Origin: Perkinsus olseni
Taxonomy: Eukaryota
Direction of reading: 5' to 3'
DNA length: 64,000 nucleotides
Assembly (NCBI GenBank): GCA_013115125.1
Contig: JABANN010000030.1
Coordinates: 1-64,000 of the forward strand
Shown here: positions 62,701 through 64,000 of the stretch, one piece after another
How positions within the stretch are numbered: position 1 is the first letter of the stretch
Layout: each line of letters begins with the position of its first letter
Notes under the pieces: generated by a model
Told to the model about the DNA's origin: nothing
The model's database searches: none
Seen by the model: the letters and a program-made list of their open reading frames with translations, nothing else
Translations under genes and position numbers: made by a program

Positions 62701-63456
62701 AGATAAACGCCCGGAAGTCGTGGCCGTTGTCGGAAGTCACTTGGCTGCCGGCGGGGACGGAGGGCTCACTGTGCTGGGCGCAGATTGTGAAGAGGATCGG
62801 TGACGATGGTTCTTATGATGTTGATGTGAGTGGCCTCTGCCTGGTGCGTCCTTGCATTCCCCTTGTCCCCCAGGTCAGCAACCTCGACGCCCTCACCGAC
62901 GACGCCTACGCTCTTGTAGAGGCTAACCGAGTGGAGTCGGCCAATGACTTTACCGTAAGTGCTATGTTCAGATTCACACTAGCTATGGCAGTCTTCGTTC
63001 CCCTCTCCAGGTTTGCGGGGAATCGCCTGACTCTACCGGTTGTGATGACTCGGAGGGACCGACGACAGGCACACGGCACAGGCGAGCAGCGTATGCCCAG
63101 TAGGTCTCTCTGGCGGTCCGACGCATCTCGGTGTCAGGCAGTGTCGAAGTCACACCCTCTCCGACTGGGGCATCAAGTTCAACAGCAGCAGCGAGTCCTC
63201 AGAGAGCACAGTTGTTCCCTCCGGGGGAACCAAGTAAAGATCGACTGTGCCTCGGACGTTTGCTCATGGTTGGAGGTTCAGGTCCAGTGCTGGTGATGAT
63301 CACGACATCGAGAATCCCCGAGACAAGGGCGCCACCCCCCATGACGTGTCCGCATCGAGTCCAAGCCACGAGAAGAAGAAGCGCAGGAGTGTCTCTCCGC
63401 GATGGCGCAGTCGATGGCGGAAACTGAGATCGAGACTAGTGGACAGCTTGGTGTAG
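59703..63456 (+). CDS. Inward-rectifier K+ channel (Kir) paralogue 2, multi-exon
   Basis: Same exons: QTIFTIGYGG, GIVFTKF, CFRFVD, PLEFMSLPVEVCAY, FELVCTVEFTDATTGNEINARKSW; ends ...RLVDSLV*. Confidence 0.88.
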
Positions 63457-64000
63457 CTGCCACGGTTCTGTCCACAACAGCAACAACGACAGCGGCGGCG
63501 GCGGCATATTACGGCCATTTGGCCTGCCCCCGATCGTTAATAAACCTCTACTAGCTTGTCATGAACAATCGATATTAGCTATTTGCAGTTTACTGAACCC
63601 ATTTGTTAATTACTTTTTCCTTACATACACAGTCACTGTGGACAGACGGTGCCGATGGTATCTTTCCAGTCCGTCGGTTACCTGTGTTTCCCTCGTCATT
63701 TTCTCCACCCTATTGGGTCTCGACTTTGAATTTCTTCCGCGCAATTCTGGGTTGTTGGTTTGGTCAATCAGTCAGTACGGTCGGGGGAAGGCACCCCTGA
63801 TAGTCCAGCCGTCGCGGAGTTTCCGATTATCGAAAGCTCGCTTCGTGTAATCAACGACGTTGTAACGCTCCGCCGTGCCCAAGGCCAACGCTGACTGTAG
63901 AGGCTTCTGTACCCCAGCGCGATAGTTTTTCTTCCAACAAGGTAACCGCTTAGTGCGGCACAAGATGCAGTCCACTCGACCCGACGTCCCAAGACTACGG

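Noticed and set aside
63600-64000. Possible 3' end of a minus-strand gene
   Set aside because: Too little sequence and no recognisable product.

Overview
This is gene-dense eukaryotic DNA with many very short (about 35-60 nt) GT-AG introns, at least one GC-AG intron, intergenic gaps often under 300 bp and one N-gap. The architecture suggests a perkinsid alveolate (Perkinsus-like); that assignment is inference. Manual splicing supports these genes: DUF218/YdcF protein, intronless GT47 exostosin glycosyltransferase, membrane RING-H2 ligase, tandem pair of secreted histidine acid phosphatases, two coiled-coil genes, an ~80-aa spliced microprotein, ER-type DnaJ, AAAP/SLC36-type amino-acid transporter, GPI-type mucin with a 12-Cys domain, cap2 methyltransferase CMTR2 with a GW/WG-rich N-terminal extension, NatB auxiliary subunit NAA25 and two Kir channels. 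The most notable system is three paralogous giant secreted coiled-coil genes (C1-C3) sharing an N-terminal domain I do not recognise. C2 and C3 carry an identical 23-bp upstream element about 103 nt from the ATG, C1 lacks it and sits 186 nt behind C2, and C3 lacks all 3' introns. Other highlights are a natural His at the Kir rectification site and gene-conversion tracts in both tandem pairs. Exon boundaries were derived by eye and outer gene limits are approximate.
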